A model generated the notes under the pieces. The model saw nothing but the letters and a program-made list of their open reading frames with translations. It did not search any database and was not told where the DNA came from. A stretch of DNA of 64,000 nt from Actinomycetes bacterium. GTDB taxonomy: Bacteria; Actinomycetota; Coriobacteriia; WRKU01; WQUG01. Shown here one piece after another: positions 18,169 through 27,136 of the stretch. Every line of letters begins with the position of its first letter. Position 1 is the stretch's first letter. The stretch lies in contig JAISUC010000023.1 of assembly GCA_031272275.1 (NCBI GenBank), positions 4,605 through 68,604 of the forward strand, read 5' to 3'. A program made the position numbers and the translations under genes.

Positions 18169-18340
18169 GTATAGGCTGTAAGTGGGACGCGCGATGTCGC
18201 GCCCCCACCCTCCGGCCTCGCGGCGACTGCACGGATTCGTGTGGCACCGGGCGAGCGCTTGTGGGTCCGAAAAGAGATCACAGACGGATTTCTGTGCCTG
18301 CATAGCGGGCGCTCCGTCTGCCAGACCCCGTCGGATCCAT

Positions 18341-18364
18341 GACCCCGGCGGGGTCTTTTCTGTG
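18341..18364 (+). terminator. leader attenuator hairpin in the infC 5' UTR
   Basis: GACCCCGGCGGGGTC followed by TTTTCTGTG. An upstream GACCCCG copy at 18324 could form an alternative pairing. Confidence 0.4.
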
Positions 18365-18410
18365 ACGGTGTGGCACGGTGCCCGACCGCACAGGCGATAC
18401 GAAGGAAGAG

Positions 18411-19046
18411 GTGACCGCCATAAGCAACGAGTATCGTGTCAACGATGAAATCAGGGCCAGAAGGTGCCGCTTGATCGGTTCCGACGGTCAGCAGATGGGG
18501 ATATTCGATGTATCCGACGCGCTGCGCATCGCTGACGAGAAAGACTACGATTTGGTGGAGATTGCGCCGAACGCCGACCCCCCGGTCATGAAGATCATGG
18601 ATTTCGGCAAGTTCAAGTACGAGCAGTCGATGAAGGCAAAGGCCGCCCGTAAGAACCAGGCGAAAATCGAAATCAAAGAGATGAAGTTCCGCCCCAAGGT
18701 CGACACGCACGACTACGAGACCAAAAAGAAGCACATCCTGCGCTTTTTGGACGCGGGCGCGAAAGTCAAGGTCACCATCATGTTCCGCGGTCGCGAGATG
18801 TCGCACCCCGAACAGGGCTTGAACATTTTGGTCAAGCTGGCAGAAGAGCTCGAAGAACTGGCGAGCATTGAAACGCAACCAAAGCTCGAGGGACGCAACA
18901 TGCACATGCTGATTGCGCCGTTGAGCCCCGCGCAAAAGAAAAAGCTGCAGAAAGCGAAAGGAGAGACACATGCCAAAGATGAAGACACACAAGGGAGCGG
19001 CGAAGCGCTTCCGCGTGACGAAGACGGGCAAGATAGTCAGGGGTAA
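18411..19046 (+). CDS. infC: translation initiation factor IF-3
   Basis: IF-3 N- and C-domains. Non-ATG start (GTG 18411 or ATA 18420) as is usual for infC. The ORF has no stop until 19046 and so overlaps rpmI by 77 nt. Confidence 0.75.
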   Translation: MTAISNEYRVNDEIRARRCRLIGSDGQQMGIFDVSDALRIADEKDYDLVEIAPNADPPVMKIMDFGKFKYEQSMKAKAARKNQAKIEIKEMKFRPKVDTHDYETKKKHILRFLDAGAKVKVTIMFRGREMSHPEQGLNILVKLAEELEELASIETQPKLEGRNMHMLIAPLSPAQKKKLQKAKGETHAKDEDTQGSGEALPRDEDGQDSQG

Positions 19047-19167
19047 GGCTTTCAAAAGCCATATCCTGACCAAGAAATCACCCAAGCGCATCCGCGGGTT
19101 CCGTCACGACACCTTGGTGTCACCCGCTGATGAAAAGATGGTCAAGACCAAGCTGGGAATCGGATAG
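18970..19167 (+). CDS. rpmI: 50S ribosomal protein L35
   Basis: [21 protein letters not shown]..., 65 aa. Confidence 0.85.
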   Translation: MPKMKTHKGAAKRFRVTKTGKIVRGKAFKSHILTKKSPKRIRGFRHDTLVSPADEKMVKTKLGIG

Positions 19168-19182
19168 GAAAGGAGTGAAACC

Positions 19183-19542
19183 ATGCCGCGTGTAAAACGA
19201 GCAGTCAATGCACATAAAAAGCGCCGCACCGTACTGACCCGCGCAAAGGGATACTATGGTGCGAAAAGCCGGAGTTACCGTGCCGCGAAAGAGCAGATGC
19301 AGCACTCCCTGCAGTACGCCTATCGCGACCGCCGCAACAAGAAGCGCGAGATTCGCCGTCTGTGGATTGCGCGCATCAACGCCGCCTGTCGCCTGAACGA
19401 CATCAGCTACAGCCGTTTCATCAACGGGCTGAAAAAGGCCGGCGTCGATCTGGACCGCAAGGTTCTGAGCGAGCTCGCCATCACCGAGCCCGCGACCTTT
19501 GCCTCGCTGGTGGAGACCGCCAAAGGGGCGCTGGCAGCGTAA
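19183..19542 (+). CDS. rplT: 50S ribosomal protein L20
   Basis: [18 protein letters not shown]...; RBS GGAAAGGAG upstream. Confidence 0.9.
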   Translation: MPRVKRAVNAHKKRRTVLTRAKGYYGAKSRSYRAAKEQMQHSLQYAYRDRRNKKREIRRLWIARINAACRLNDISYSRFINGLKKAGVDLDRKVLSELAITEPATFASLVETAKGALAA

Positions 19543-19568
19543 CGGCTTTCGATATCGCATGTGACAAC

Positions 19569-19599
19569 GGGCGGCTCTACAGCCGCCCGTTTTCTTTCT
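19569..19599 (+). terminator. rho-independent terminator after rplT
   Basis: GGGCGGCT ctac AGCCGCCC followed by GTTTTCTTTCT. Confidence 0.65.
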
Positions 19600-19617
19600 G
19601 CGTATCCTGAACAGGAA

Positions 19618-19803
19618 GGATTGGCCCAATAAAAAGCTTTGCAGCTTTTTTTGGATCAATCCTTACTTCAATCCCAAACAGGACGGATTGGCCCAATAAA
19701 AAGCTTTGCAGCTTTTTTTGGATCCAATCCTCTTCAACCCCTTGTGCCCGTTCCGGATGGATTGACCGAATAAAAAGCTTTACAGCTTTTTTCGGATCAA
19801 TCC
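19618..19803 (+). repeat. array of 3 family A AT-rich nested hairpin elements (GGATTG..CCAATAAAAAGCTTTGCAGCTTTTTTTGG..CAATCC)
   Basis: Copies at 19618-19662, 19685-19730, 19759-19803; 16-28 bp spacers between them. Confidence 0.85.
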
Positions 19804-19889
19804 TCACCAACCGGGTCACGACATCCCACTCACCCGAAAATCCTGCGTGCTCTGTTACTATGGTCGAATAGCAACCGACAGGGAGGGAC

Positions 19890-21995
19890 GTGTGCGTGTC
19901 ATCGTTTGAAGCCATATTGCTGATAGGCGGGATGGTGTTGCTATCCAGCATCATCAGCCAGTTTATCCCCGATATTTCCGTACCCCTGATTCAGATCGCG
20001 CTGGGCGTGGGCTGTGCGCTGATTTTCGGCGACTTTGAGCTGTCGGTCACACCCGAAGCCTTTATGCTGATTTTCATCGCGCCGCTGCTGTTTAATGACG
20101 CACTGCGCAGCGACCGCGCGGCACTCTGGCGCCTGCGCGAGCCCATCGCCGGTATCGTCGTCGGTCTGGTGTTCCTGTCGACCATCATCACCGGATACGT
20201 CGCCCACGCGCTGTTGCCCGTGCTGTCGCTCGCGGGTTGTTTTGCGCTGGCGGCTTCGCTCGGTCCCACCGATGCGGTCTCGGTCGCATCGATGGCGCGT
20301 CGCACCTCCATCCCGCGCGACGAGGAACTGGTGCTCCAAGGCGAATCGCTGTTTAACGACGCCAGCGGTATCATTGCCTTCACCTTTGCCGTGACGGCGC
20401 TTTCCACCGGGGCTTTCAACCTTCTGAATGCAGCAGGCAGCTTCCTGTTGGTGTTTGCGGGCGGCCTGGCGGTGGGCGTGATCTTGGCGCTGCTGCGCGC
20501 GCTGTTCATTCGCTGGGTGCGCGCCACCGGTATTGAAAACACGACTTTTCACGTGCTGATAGAGCTCATCACGCCGTTCTTGATTTTCATCATCGCAGAA
20601 AGCCTTGCGGTCAGCGGGGTCATAGCCGTGGTCTGTGCCGCGCTGATTCAAAACGACAGCGCCACCCAGGTCACACCGTCCGCCGCGCGCCTAAACCTGG
20701 TTTCGACCAGCGTGTGGTCGGTGCTGGTCTATACGCTGAACGGCACCGTGTTTCTGATCATGGGCATGCGCCTGCCGGGCGTGGTCAAGCAACTGTGGCT
20801 GGATGCGAACCACCACTTTGACCCGAAACTGATTCTGTATATATTTGTCATCACCGCTGTCATCATGCTGGTACGCCTGATTTGGACAACCGGCATGGTC
20901 TATGTCCGCCACCGCAAAGACGGCGCCTTCATCGGCAACAAAGCGACCGCCGCCCGCGAAAAGCTGCGTTACATCCTGCGCAGCGCCACCATCATGACCG
21001 TTGCCGGTGTGCGCGGCACGGTGACGCTCTCGACGATATTCATGCTGCCGATTTACTTGGCGGACGGCAGCGAGTTTCACAACCGTGCGCTGCTGGTGTT
21101 TTTGGCATCGGGCGTGATACTGCTGACGATGATCATCGCGAACTTTGTGTTGCCGCTGCTCGCACCGCACCAGACCGACCATTTGGACGAGGACGAGGCG
21201 ACGCAGTTCATCGACATCTTGCGCCAGGTCCTGCTGAAACTGAACGACCAGGTGACGCCTGAAAACGCCCGCGCAACCGAGGAGGTCGTGCGCGCCTACA
21301 ACGCGCGTATCGACTACATCAAGACCCACCACGCGATTGATGACGCCGGCCGCGACCGGCTGCGCCTGATGATTCTGGATTGGGAAAAGGAAAACACGCT
21401 GGCGCTGATGGAATCCAAAGAGGTCTCGACGGGCCTGGGCTTCTCGTATCTGTTCAGCCTGAACCGCATCCGAGACCGTGTGCACACCGGCAACCGTCGC
21501 CGTTTTTGGATGCTGCGGGTCATGGGGGAGTTACGCGCACGTCGCCGTGCGATGGGAAAGGTGTCGCGGGTCGGTCTCTCGCGTGAACAGATGGAAAAAA
21601 CCCAGCTCCACATGAACGCGCTGCACGTCAGCAACTATGACTATGTGCTGGACAAGCTGAACGGCCTGCTGGATATCGAACACAGCGAACACGACCACGC
21701 GGGACATATCGACGTCGAAGACATTTCCGCGATGATCGTTGAATACCGCAGGCATCGCGACCGCTATGCGACTGCCGGCGGGGATCGGCGCTCGGTGACC
21801 GGCGCCGCGATGCTCTCACCGCTCGATCGCAAACACCACGCACAGGTGACCGAAATCAGGCATCTGGGTCTGCAGTACGAACGCGAGGCCATCATGCGCC
21901 TGTTTGACGACGGCAAGCTGTCGCGCAAACGCGCCCGCGAATTGCGCGACAACGTCGCCCTGATGGAATTGGATCTGGCTGCCGAACTGGACTAG
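19890..21995 (+). CDS. CPA1 (NhaP-type) Na+/H+ exchanger with large cytoplasmic C-terminal domain
   Basis: About 400-aa polytopic transporter domain plus a roughly 300-aa hydrophilic tail; GTG start after RBS GGGAGGGA. Confidence 0.7.
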   Translation: MCVSSFEAILLIGGMVLLSSIISQFIPDISVPLIQIALGVGCALIFGDFELSVTPEAFMLIFIAPLLFNDALRSDRAALWRLREPIAGIVVGLVFLSTIITGYVAHALLPVLSLAGCFALAASLGPTDAVSVASMARRTSIPRDEELVLQGESLFNDASGIIAFTFAVTALSTGAFNLLNAAGSFLLVFAGGLAVGVILALLRALFIRWVRATGIENTTFHVLIELITPFLIFIIAESLAVSGVIAVVCAALIQNDSATQVTPSAARLNLVSTSVWSVLVYTLNGTVFLIMGMRLPGVVKQLWLDANHHFDPKLILYIFVITAVIMLVRLIWTTGMVYVRHRKDGAFIGNKATAAREKLRYILRSATIMTVAGVRGTVTLSTIFMLPIYLADGSEFHNRALLVFLASGVILLTMIIANFVLPLLAPHQTDHLDEDEATQFIDILRQVLLKLNDQVTPENARATEEVVRAYNARIDYIKTHHAIDDAGRDRLRLMILDWEKENTLALMESKEVSTGLGFSYLFSLNRIRDRVHTGNRRRFWMLRVMGELRARRRAMGKVSRVGLSREQMEKTQLHMNALHVSNYDYVLDKLNGLLDIEHSEHDHAGHIDVEDISAMIVEYRRHRDRYATAGGDRRSVTGAAMLSPLDRKHHAQVTEIRHLGLQYEREAIMRLFDDGKLSRKRARELRDNVALMELDLAAELD

Positions 21996-23278
21996 GAAAT
22001 GGCCTTAATTCCGTTCTCCAGATCCTCCAGAATATCGTCTACATGCTCGATCCCGACCGACAGGCGCACCAAGCCCGGGTCGACCCCGGCTGCCGCCAGC
22101 TGCTCATCGGTGCACTGGCGATGTGTGGTGGACGCCGGATGCAGCACCATCGTGCGCACGTCCGCCACGTGTACGGCGTTATTCACCAGCTGCAGGCTGT
22201 CCATGAACGTGGGTGCGACCTCGCGACCACCCGCCAGCACCAGCGACACGACACCGCTCGCCATGCCGTTCTTGAAATACTTCTGCGCGGCGTCGTATCC
22301 CGCATCCCCCGCAAGCCCCGGGTAAATCACGCGGCTGACGACACCGGTCTGTGCAGCCAAATACTCCGCCACCGCCAACGCATTCGCACTGTGCCGCTCC
22401 ATGCGCAGTGCCAGCGTCTGCAGGCCCAGATCCAGCATGAACGCCGAATGCGCGGCCGGATAGGTACCGAAATCGCGCATCAGCTGCATGCGCGCCTTGA
22501 CTATATAGGCGGCAGCCCCATAGGTCTCGGTATAAACCGTCCCGTGGTACGACTCGTCCGGCGTGCTCAGCGCCGGGAACCGGTCCGCATGCGCCGCCCA
22601 GTCGAACCGCCCCGAATCGACGACGATACCGCCCACCTGCACGGCGTGCCCGTCCATATATTTGCTGGTCGAATGAATGACGATGTCGGCACCCCACGAA
22701 ATGGGCTTACACAGCACAGGCGTCGGAAAGGTGTTGTCGACCACCAGCGGCAGCCCGTGCGCGTGCGCGAAATTCGCGAACTTCTCGATATCCAGCACCG
22801 TCAGTGCCGGGTTCGCCAAGGTCTCGCCGAACACCAGCTTGGTCGTGGGCCGCACCAGAGCATCCAGTTCCTCGCGCGTGGCCCCCGCGTCGACAAACGA
22901 CACCTCGATACCCATGCGTGCCAGCGTCACCGCAAACAGGTTCGTCGTGCCGCCATAGATCTGTCCGGTCGAAATCAAATGGTCGCCGCGCTCGCACAGG
23001 TTCAGCACGGCAGCCAGCGTGGCGGCCTGACCGCTGGAGGTCGCCATTGCAGCCACTCCGCCCTCCAATGCCGCGATTTTCGCTTCGACGGCCATTACCG
23101 TGGGGTTTGCGAACCGCGAATAAATCAGCGACTTGGTGGGCTCGTCAAACACCTCGCTAATCGCCTCGCTGCTGTCATACACATAGGTCGTCGACTGCAC
23201 AATCGGCACGTTCATCGGCTCGGTGTTTCCCGGCTCGTATCCGGCATGCAGGGCAATCGTTTCGTCGTGAAGGCTCAC
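21992..23278 (-). CDS. metY: O-acetylhomoserine sulfhydrylase / Cys-Met metabolism PLP enzyme
   Basis: ALHAGY..., STSKYMDGH PLP-lysine motif. GTG at 23278 after RBS GGAG; the longer track ORF has an unsupported N-terminus. Confidence 0.75.
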   Translation of the reverse strand: MSLHDETIALHAGYEPGNTEPMNVPIVQSTTYVYDSSEAISEVFDEPTKSLIYSRFANPTVMAVEAKIAALEGGVAAMATSSGQAATLAAVLNLCERGDHLISTGQIYGGTTNLFAVTLARMGIEVSFVDAGATREELDALVRPTTKLVFGETLANPALTVLDIEKFANFAHAHGLPLVVDNTFPTPVLCKPISWGADIVIHSTSKYMDGHAVQVGGIVVDSGRFDWAAHADRFPALSTPDESYHGTVYTETYGAAAYIVKARMQLMRDFGTYPAAHSAFMLDLGLQTLALRMERHSANALAVAEYLAAQTGVVSRVIYPGLAGDAGYDAAQKYFKNGMASGVVSLVLAGGREVAPTFMDSLQLVNNAVHVADVRTMVLHPASTTHRQCTDEQLAAAGVDPGLVRLSVGIEHVDDILEDLENGIKAIS

Positions 23279-23436
23279 AGGTCCACTCCTTTTCGTCTTA
23301 TGTCCGTTTCCGGTGCAGCACACTTGGCTGCACAGTGTCACAACAGTTTCGCATACAGATGCCATCTGATGATACCCCATCCCAGCCCCGCACTGCGTTT
23401 ATAATGGCTACCTATGGACAACGGGGGGCAGCATAC

Positions 23437-24501
23437 ATGAAATACCACAGCGCAGGCGACTCGCACGGACCGGCGACACTGGTAATCGTCGACGACGTCC
23501 CGGCGGGACTCGCCCTGGACACATCCGCAATTGACCTCGCCCTGGCAGAACGTCTGGCAGGCTACGGCCGCAGCCCACGCGCACACGCCGAAGGCGACCG
23601 GGCGCGTATTCTGTCGGGACTCTGGCGGGGGAGTACGTCCCACAGTCCGCTGGCGATAGCCATCGACAACAGTGTCGCGGACGGCGGCACGGACGCTGCC
23701 GACGTGCCGGTGACGGTGCCCCGCCCGGGCCATGCCGACTATCCCGGCATGCTGAAATACGACCTGCCCGACACCCGCGCGGTCTCCGAACGCGCGAGCG
23801 CCCGCGAAACGGCCGCACGCGTGGCGGCGGGTGCGGTGGCACAGCAGGTCCTGCGCGAGCTGGGCGTGTGTGTTTCGGCCGCGGCGCATGAACCTGACGT
23901 GGCGGCGATTGACGCCGCACGCGCCGACGGCGACACCCTGGGCGGCATGGTGACGGTGACCGCCACCGGTGTGGTGCCGGGACTGGGCAGCTACGTGCGT
24001 GCGGATACGCGCCTGGATGCCCGTATCGCCGCCGCACTGATATCCATTCCCTCGGTCAAAGGGATTCAGTTTGGTGCCGGGTTCGATTTTGCGACCATGC
24101 GTGGCTCCGACAGCGTGGATGCCCTGCGCGTGGACACCGCAGGACACATCAGTTACGCCACCAACCGCGCAGGCGGCATCACCGGCGGGATGAGCACCGG
24201 ACAGGCGATCGTCGCCACCCTGGCGGTCAAGCCGGTGCCGACCACCGATACCGCACAGGACAGCGTGGACGTGGGGACGCGCTTGGCCGCACATGCCCCA
24301 TCTCCGCGCCACGACACCTGCGTGGTGCACGCCGTGGCGACGATTGCAGTCGCGGAGCTGGCTCTGGTGCTGGTGACGGCGTATCAGGAACAATTCGGCG
24401 GGGATGTGTTGGCCGACATGGTGCAGGCGCTGGCGCGCTATCGTGCGCGCATCGACGCCGCAGTTGGCTGTAGTACGGAAACAGAAGGCGGGATTGCATG
24501 A
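23437..24501 (+). CDS. aroC: chorismate synthase
   Basis: N-terminal SAGDSHGP motif and C-terminal conserved region. Confidence 0.85.
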   Translation: MKYHSAGDSHGPATLVIVDDVPAGLALDTSAIDLALAERLAGYGRSPRAHAEGDRARILSGLWRGSTSHSPLAIAIDNSVADGGTDAADVPVTVPRPGHADYPGMLKYDLPDTRAVSERASARETAARVAAGAVAQQVLRELGVCVSAAAHEPDVAAIDAARADGDTLGGMVTVTATGVVPGLGSYVRADTRLDARIAAALISIPSVKGIQFGAGFDFATMRGSDSVDALRVDTAGHISYATNRAGGITGGMSTGQAIVATLAVKPVPTTDTAQDSVDVGTRLAAHAPSPRHDTCVVHAVATIAVAELALVLVTAYQEQFGGDVLADMVQALARYRARIDAAVGCSTETEGGIA

Positions 24502-25079
24502 GTATGTGTGTTGAACCGGGTGGCGTCGGCGGTGTTGATTCCGCCAAGCGCCACATTGCCTTTGTGGGGTTCATGGCGGCGGGCAAGACCACCTGTGCGC
24601 GCCTGATGGCACAGCGCTATGGCAGGCGCTTTGTGGATATCGACGACGACATCGAATCGCGTGTGGGTATGACGATTTCCGAGATGTTCGCCACGCAGGG
24701 CGAACGTGCCTTTCGCGCAACGGAAACCGCCGTGTTGGACGCGGCGCTGGCACAGCGTGAGACCTGTTGTGTGGCGACCGGCGGGGGAGTGTTGACCACG
24801 CCCGAAAACCTGCCGCTGCTGCGGGCGTCGGCGGTGATCGTGTACCTGCGGGTCAAGCCCGAACGGGCCCTGGCACGGATTCATAACTTTGCCAGTCGGC
24901 CCCTGTTGGAAACCGCCGGCAGCACCGAGGTGATTTTTGCGCTGGCACAGGCACGCACCGCCCTGTATGAAGCCGCCTGTGACTTCAGCGTCAGCACCAA
25001 CAAGCGCACGCCCGACGAGGTCGTCGACATCACGGTCGAGCGCATCAGGGAGCGGGGCTATGGCCATCTGTTGTCGTAG
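24498..25079 (+). CDS. aroK: shikimate kinase
   Basis: Walker A GFMAAGKTT, about 190 aa, overlaps the aroC stop. Confidence 0.8.
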   Translation: MSMCVEPGGVGGVDSAKRHIAFVGFMAAGKTTCARLMAQRYGRRFVDIDDDIESRVGMTISEMFATQGERAFRATETAVLDAALAQRETCCVATGGGVLTTPENLPLLRASAVIVYLRVKPERALARIHNFASRPLLETAGSTEVIFALAQARTALYEAACDFSVSTNKRTPDEVVDITVERIRERGYGHLLS

Positions 25080-26277
25080 AGATTTTGCGGACGGGACGCG
25101 CCTGGATCTGGACCTGGGGGTCGCGCGCTATCCGGTGTTCATCGCTGCACAGCCGGCGCGGCTGTTGGCGGGGTATCTGAACAGCTGCATGGAGGTACCG
25201 CCTGCCGCCCCCGGTCAGGTGGTGCTGCCCGCCGCCGACGACACGGAGGGATTTCAGGCGGCAGTCGCCCCGCGCGTGGTGGTGATCTGTGACGAGCACA
25301 CGGCGGAGTTGTTCGGGGTCGCGGTCGAGACCGCGTTTATCACGGCCGGCTGGCAGGTGGATGCCCTGACGATTCCCGCCGGTGAGGCCACCAAGACCTG
25401 GGAGGTCGCAGGCCAGCTGCTGGAGGCTTTGGCGGAACTCACGGCTGACCGCAACGTCACCGTGTGTTCACTGGGTGGGGGAGTGGTCAGTGACATTGCC
25501 GGTTTCATCGCGGCTTGCTGGATGCGGGGTGTCGATTTCGTGCAGATTCCTACCACCTTGCTGGCGCTGGTGGACGCGGCCGTCGGGGGCAAGACGGCGG
25601 TGAACCTGTCGGGCGGAAAGAACTTGGCGGGTGCATTCAAGCAGCCGCGAGCGATCGCAAGTGACGTTGCGTTTTTGGCGGAGCTGCCCGATGCGGAATA
25701 TGCGAGCGGTTTGGCGGAGGCCGCCAAAAACGCCCTGTTGGCCGCAGGCGATCTGTTGGAGTGGACTGAATCGCAAGCACACAAGCTGGTCGCGCGCGAT
25801 AGGGATGCTTTACACGAACTGATCGTGCGCAATCTGGAGTTCAAGGCGGGTGTGGTGGCTGCTGATCCCGCAGATGTCGGCGCGCGCGCCGCGCTGAACT
25901 ACGGACACACGCTGGGACATGCGCTGGAACAGGTTGCGGGCTATGGTGTGCTGAGCCACGGTCAGGCGGTGGCGGAGGGGATGCGCTTTGCCGCGCGCCT
26001 GTCCGTGCAGTTGCTGGGGGCTCGGGCGGATTTCGTGCGCCGCCAGGATGCGCTGCTCGATGCTTTGGGTATCGCGCGCGTGGACGCTGCTGCGTATTCG
26101 GTGGCCCAGCTCCACGACGCCTGTTATGCGGATAAAAAGGCCCGCGGTGGGCACCTGCATATGGTGCTGGTACCGACGCCCGGAGACGCCCAGCTGGTTG
26201 AAGTCCCCGACGCGGTCCTGTACGAGCATCTGAACGCATGGAAACTGAACAATGGACATTCCGGAGGCACGGCATGA
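25060..26277 (+). CDS. aroB: 3-dehydroquinate synthase
   Basis: GGGVVSDIAGF, LVDAAVGGKTAVN, HTLGHALE motifs; ATG 25060 overlaps the aroK end. Confidence 0.8.
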   Translation: MAICCRRDFADGTRLDLDLGVARYPVFIAAQPARLLAGYLNSCMEVPPAAPGQVVLPAADDTEGFQAAVAPRVVVICDEHTAELFGVAVETAFITAGWQVDALTIPAGEATKTWEVAGQLLEALAELTADRNVTVCSLGGGVVSDIAGFIAACWMRGVDFVQIPTTLLALVDAAVGGKTAVNLSGGKNLAGAFKQPRAIASDVAFLAELPDAEYASGLAEAAKNALLAAGDLLEWTESQAHKLVARDRDALHELIVRNLEFKAGVVAADPADVGARAALNYGHTLGHALEQVAGYGVLSHGQAVAEGMRFAARLSVQLLGARADFVRRQDALLDALGIARVDAAAYSVAQLHDACYADKKARGGHLHMVLVPTPGDAQLVEVPDAVLYEHLNAWKLNNGHSGGTA

Positions 26278-26759
26278 ACATCCTGGTGCTGAACGGACCG
26301 AACCTGAACTTGCTGGGGCTGCGTGCCCCGGACGTGTACGGTTCCACGACCATCGATCAGCTGTGCGATCGCCTGGAACACTACGCCGCCGCGCGTGACA
26401 TCGCGCTGACCTGCGTGCAGTCCAATCACGAGGGTGCGATCATCGATGCCCTGCATGATGCAATCGGGCGTTATGACGGCGTGGTGCTGAACCCGGGAGC
26501 CCTGGGACATTACTCGTGGGCGCTGCGTGACGCGGTTGATGCCCTGCGCGATGCCGGCCTGCCAACCGTCGAGGTGCACCTGTCCGAGCCGCGCGAGCGC
26601 CCCGAGGCATTCCGCCACGTCGACGTGCTGGACGGTGTCGTCGCTGCGCGCTTTGCGGGGTTGGGTGGCGCGGGCTACGAACGCGCGCTGGATGTGTTGG
26701 GCGCGGGACGCACTCCCCCTGTGAAAACACCCATCGACGCTGACATTCCGGGGGACTAG
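26274..26759 (+). CDS. aroQ: type II 3-dehydroquinate dehydratase (C-terminal tail contains the family C 15-mer)
   Basis: MNILVLNGPNLNLLGLR, SNHEG, HLSE motifs; tail GRTPPVKTPIDADIPGD lies beyond the conserved domain. Confidence 0.8.
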   Translation: MNILVLNGPNLNLLGLRAPDVYGSTTIDQLCDRLEHYAAARDIALTCVQSNHEGAIIDALHDAIGRYDGVVLNPGALGHYSWALRDAVDALRDAGLPTVEVHLSEPRERPEAFRHVDVLDGVVAARFAGLGGAGYERALDVLGAGRTPPVKTPIDADIPGD

Positions 26760-26776
26760 AGGGGGTTGGCGCGCAG

Positions 26777-27136
26777 GTGCGATTTTTGAAACAGGCAGCC
26801 ATCATTTTGGCCATCACGGCCGCCGGCGAGTTGCTGCGGGCGGTGATTCCGGCTCCGATTCCGGCGGGGGTCTATGGGATGGTGCTGCTGTTGGTGTTGT
26901 TGTTGGCAGGCGTCGTGCGCCCGGCACAGGTCGAAACCGTGTCCGACCGCTTGATGGAAATCATGCCACTGTTGTTCGTGCCGCTGATTGTGGGCGTCGT
27001 ATCGCAATGGGCGGCGGTGCGCGTCATTTGGCCGGCACTGCTGATCGTTGCGGTGTTGGGGACATTTTTGGTAATCGCGGCTGCGGGTTGGACCACGCAG
27101 CTGGTGTTGCGTGTGCAGCGCAGGCGGCGCAAATAG
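26777..27136 (+). CDS. lrgA: CidA/LrgA holin-like protein
   Basis: About 119 aa, four TM helices, basic C-terminus RRRRK; paired with lrgB. Confidence 0.65.
   Translation: MRFLKQAAIILAITAAGELLRAVIPAPIPAGVYGMVLLLVLLLAGVVRPAQVETVSDRLMEIMPLLFVPLIVGVVSQWAAVRVIWPALLIVAVLGTFLVIAAAGWTTQLVLRVQRRRRK

Noticed and set aside
19618-19803. Considered whether the 3-unit tandem palindromic arrays (here and at 47362-47556) are CRISPR arrays.
   Set aside because: Spacers are only 16-28 bp, there are just three units, units are imperfect, no cas genes are in the window, and the same core occurs singly elsewhere. REP/MITE-like repeats fit better.
19577-19954. 125-aa - strand ORF with internal repeats DPKKAVKLFI.. 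Related ORFs at 54764-55057 and 56001-56216.
   Set aside because: They are translations of the family A hairpin repeats (AAAAAGCTTTGCAGCTTTTTTT read on the opposite strand); repeat artefacts, not genes.
23279-23436. Looked for a SAM, T-box or other riboswitch in the divergent metY/aroC intergenic region.
   Set aside because: Only a simple 7-bp hairpin (GTGCAGC..GCTGCAC) is visible. No conserved riboswitch cores (for example the SAM-I GGAGGGA/kink-turn segments) could be recognised by eye. Needs cmsearch.
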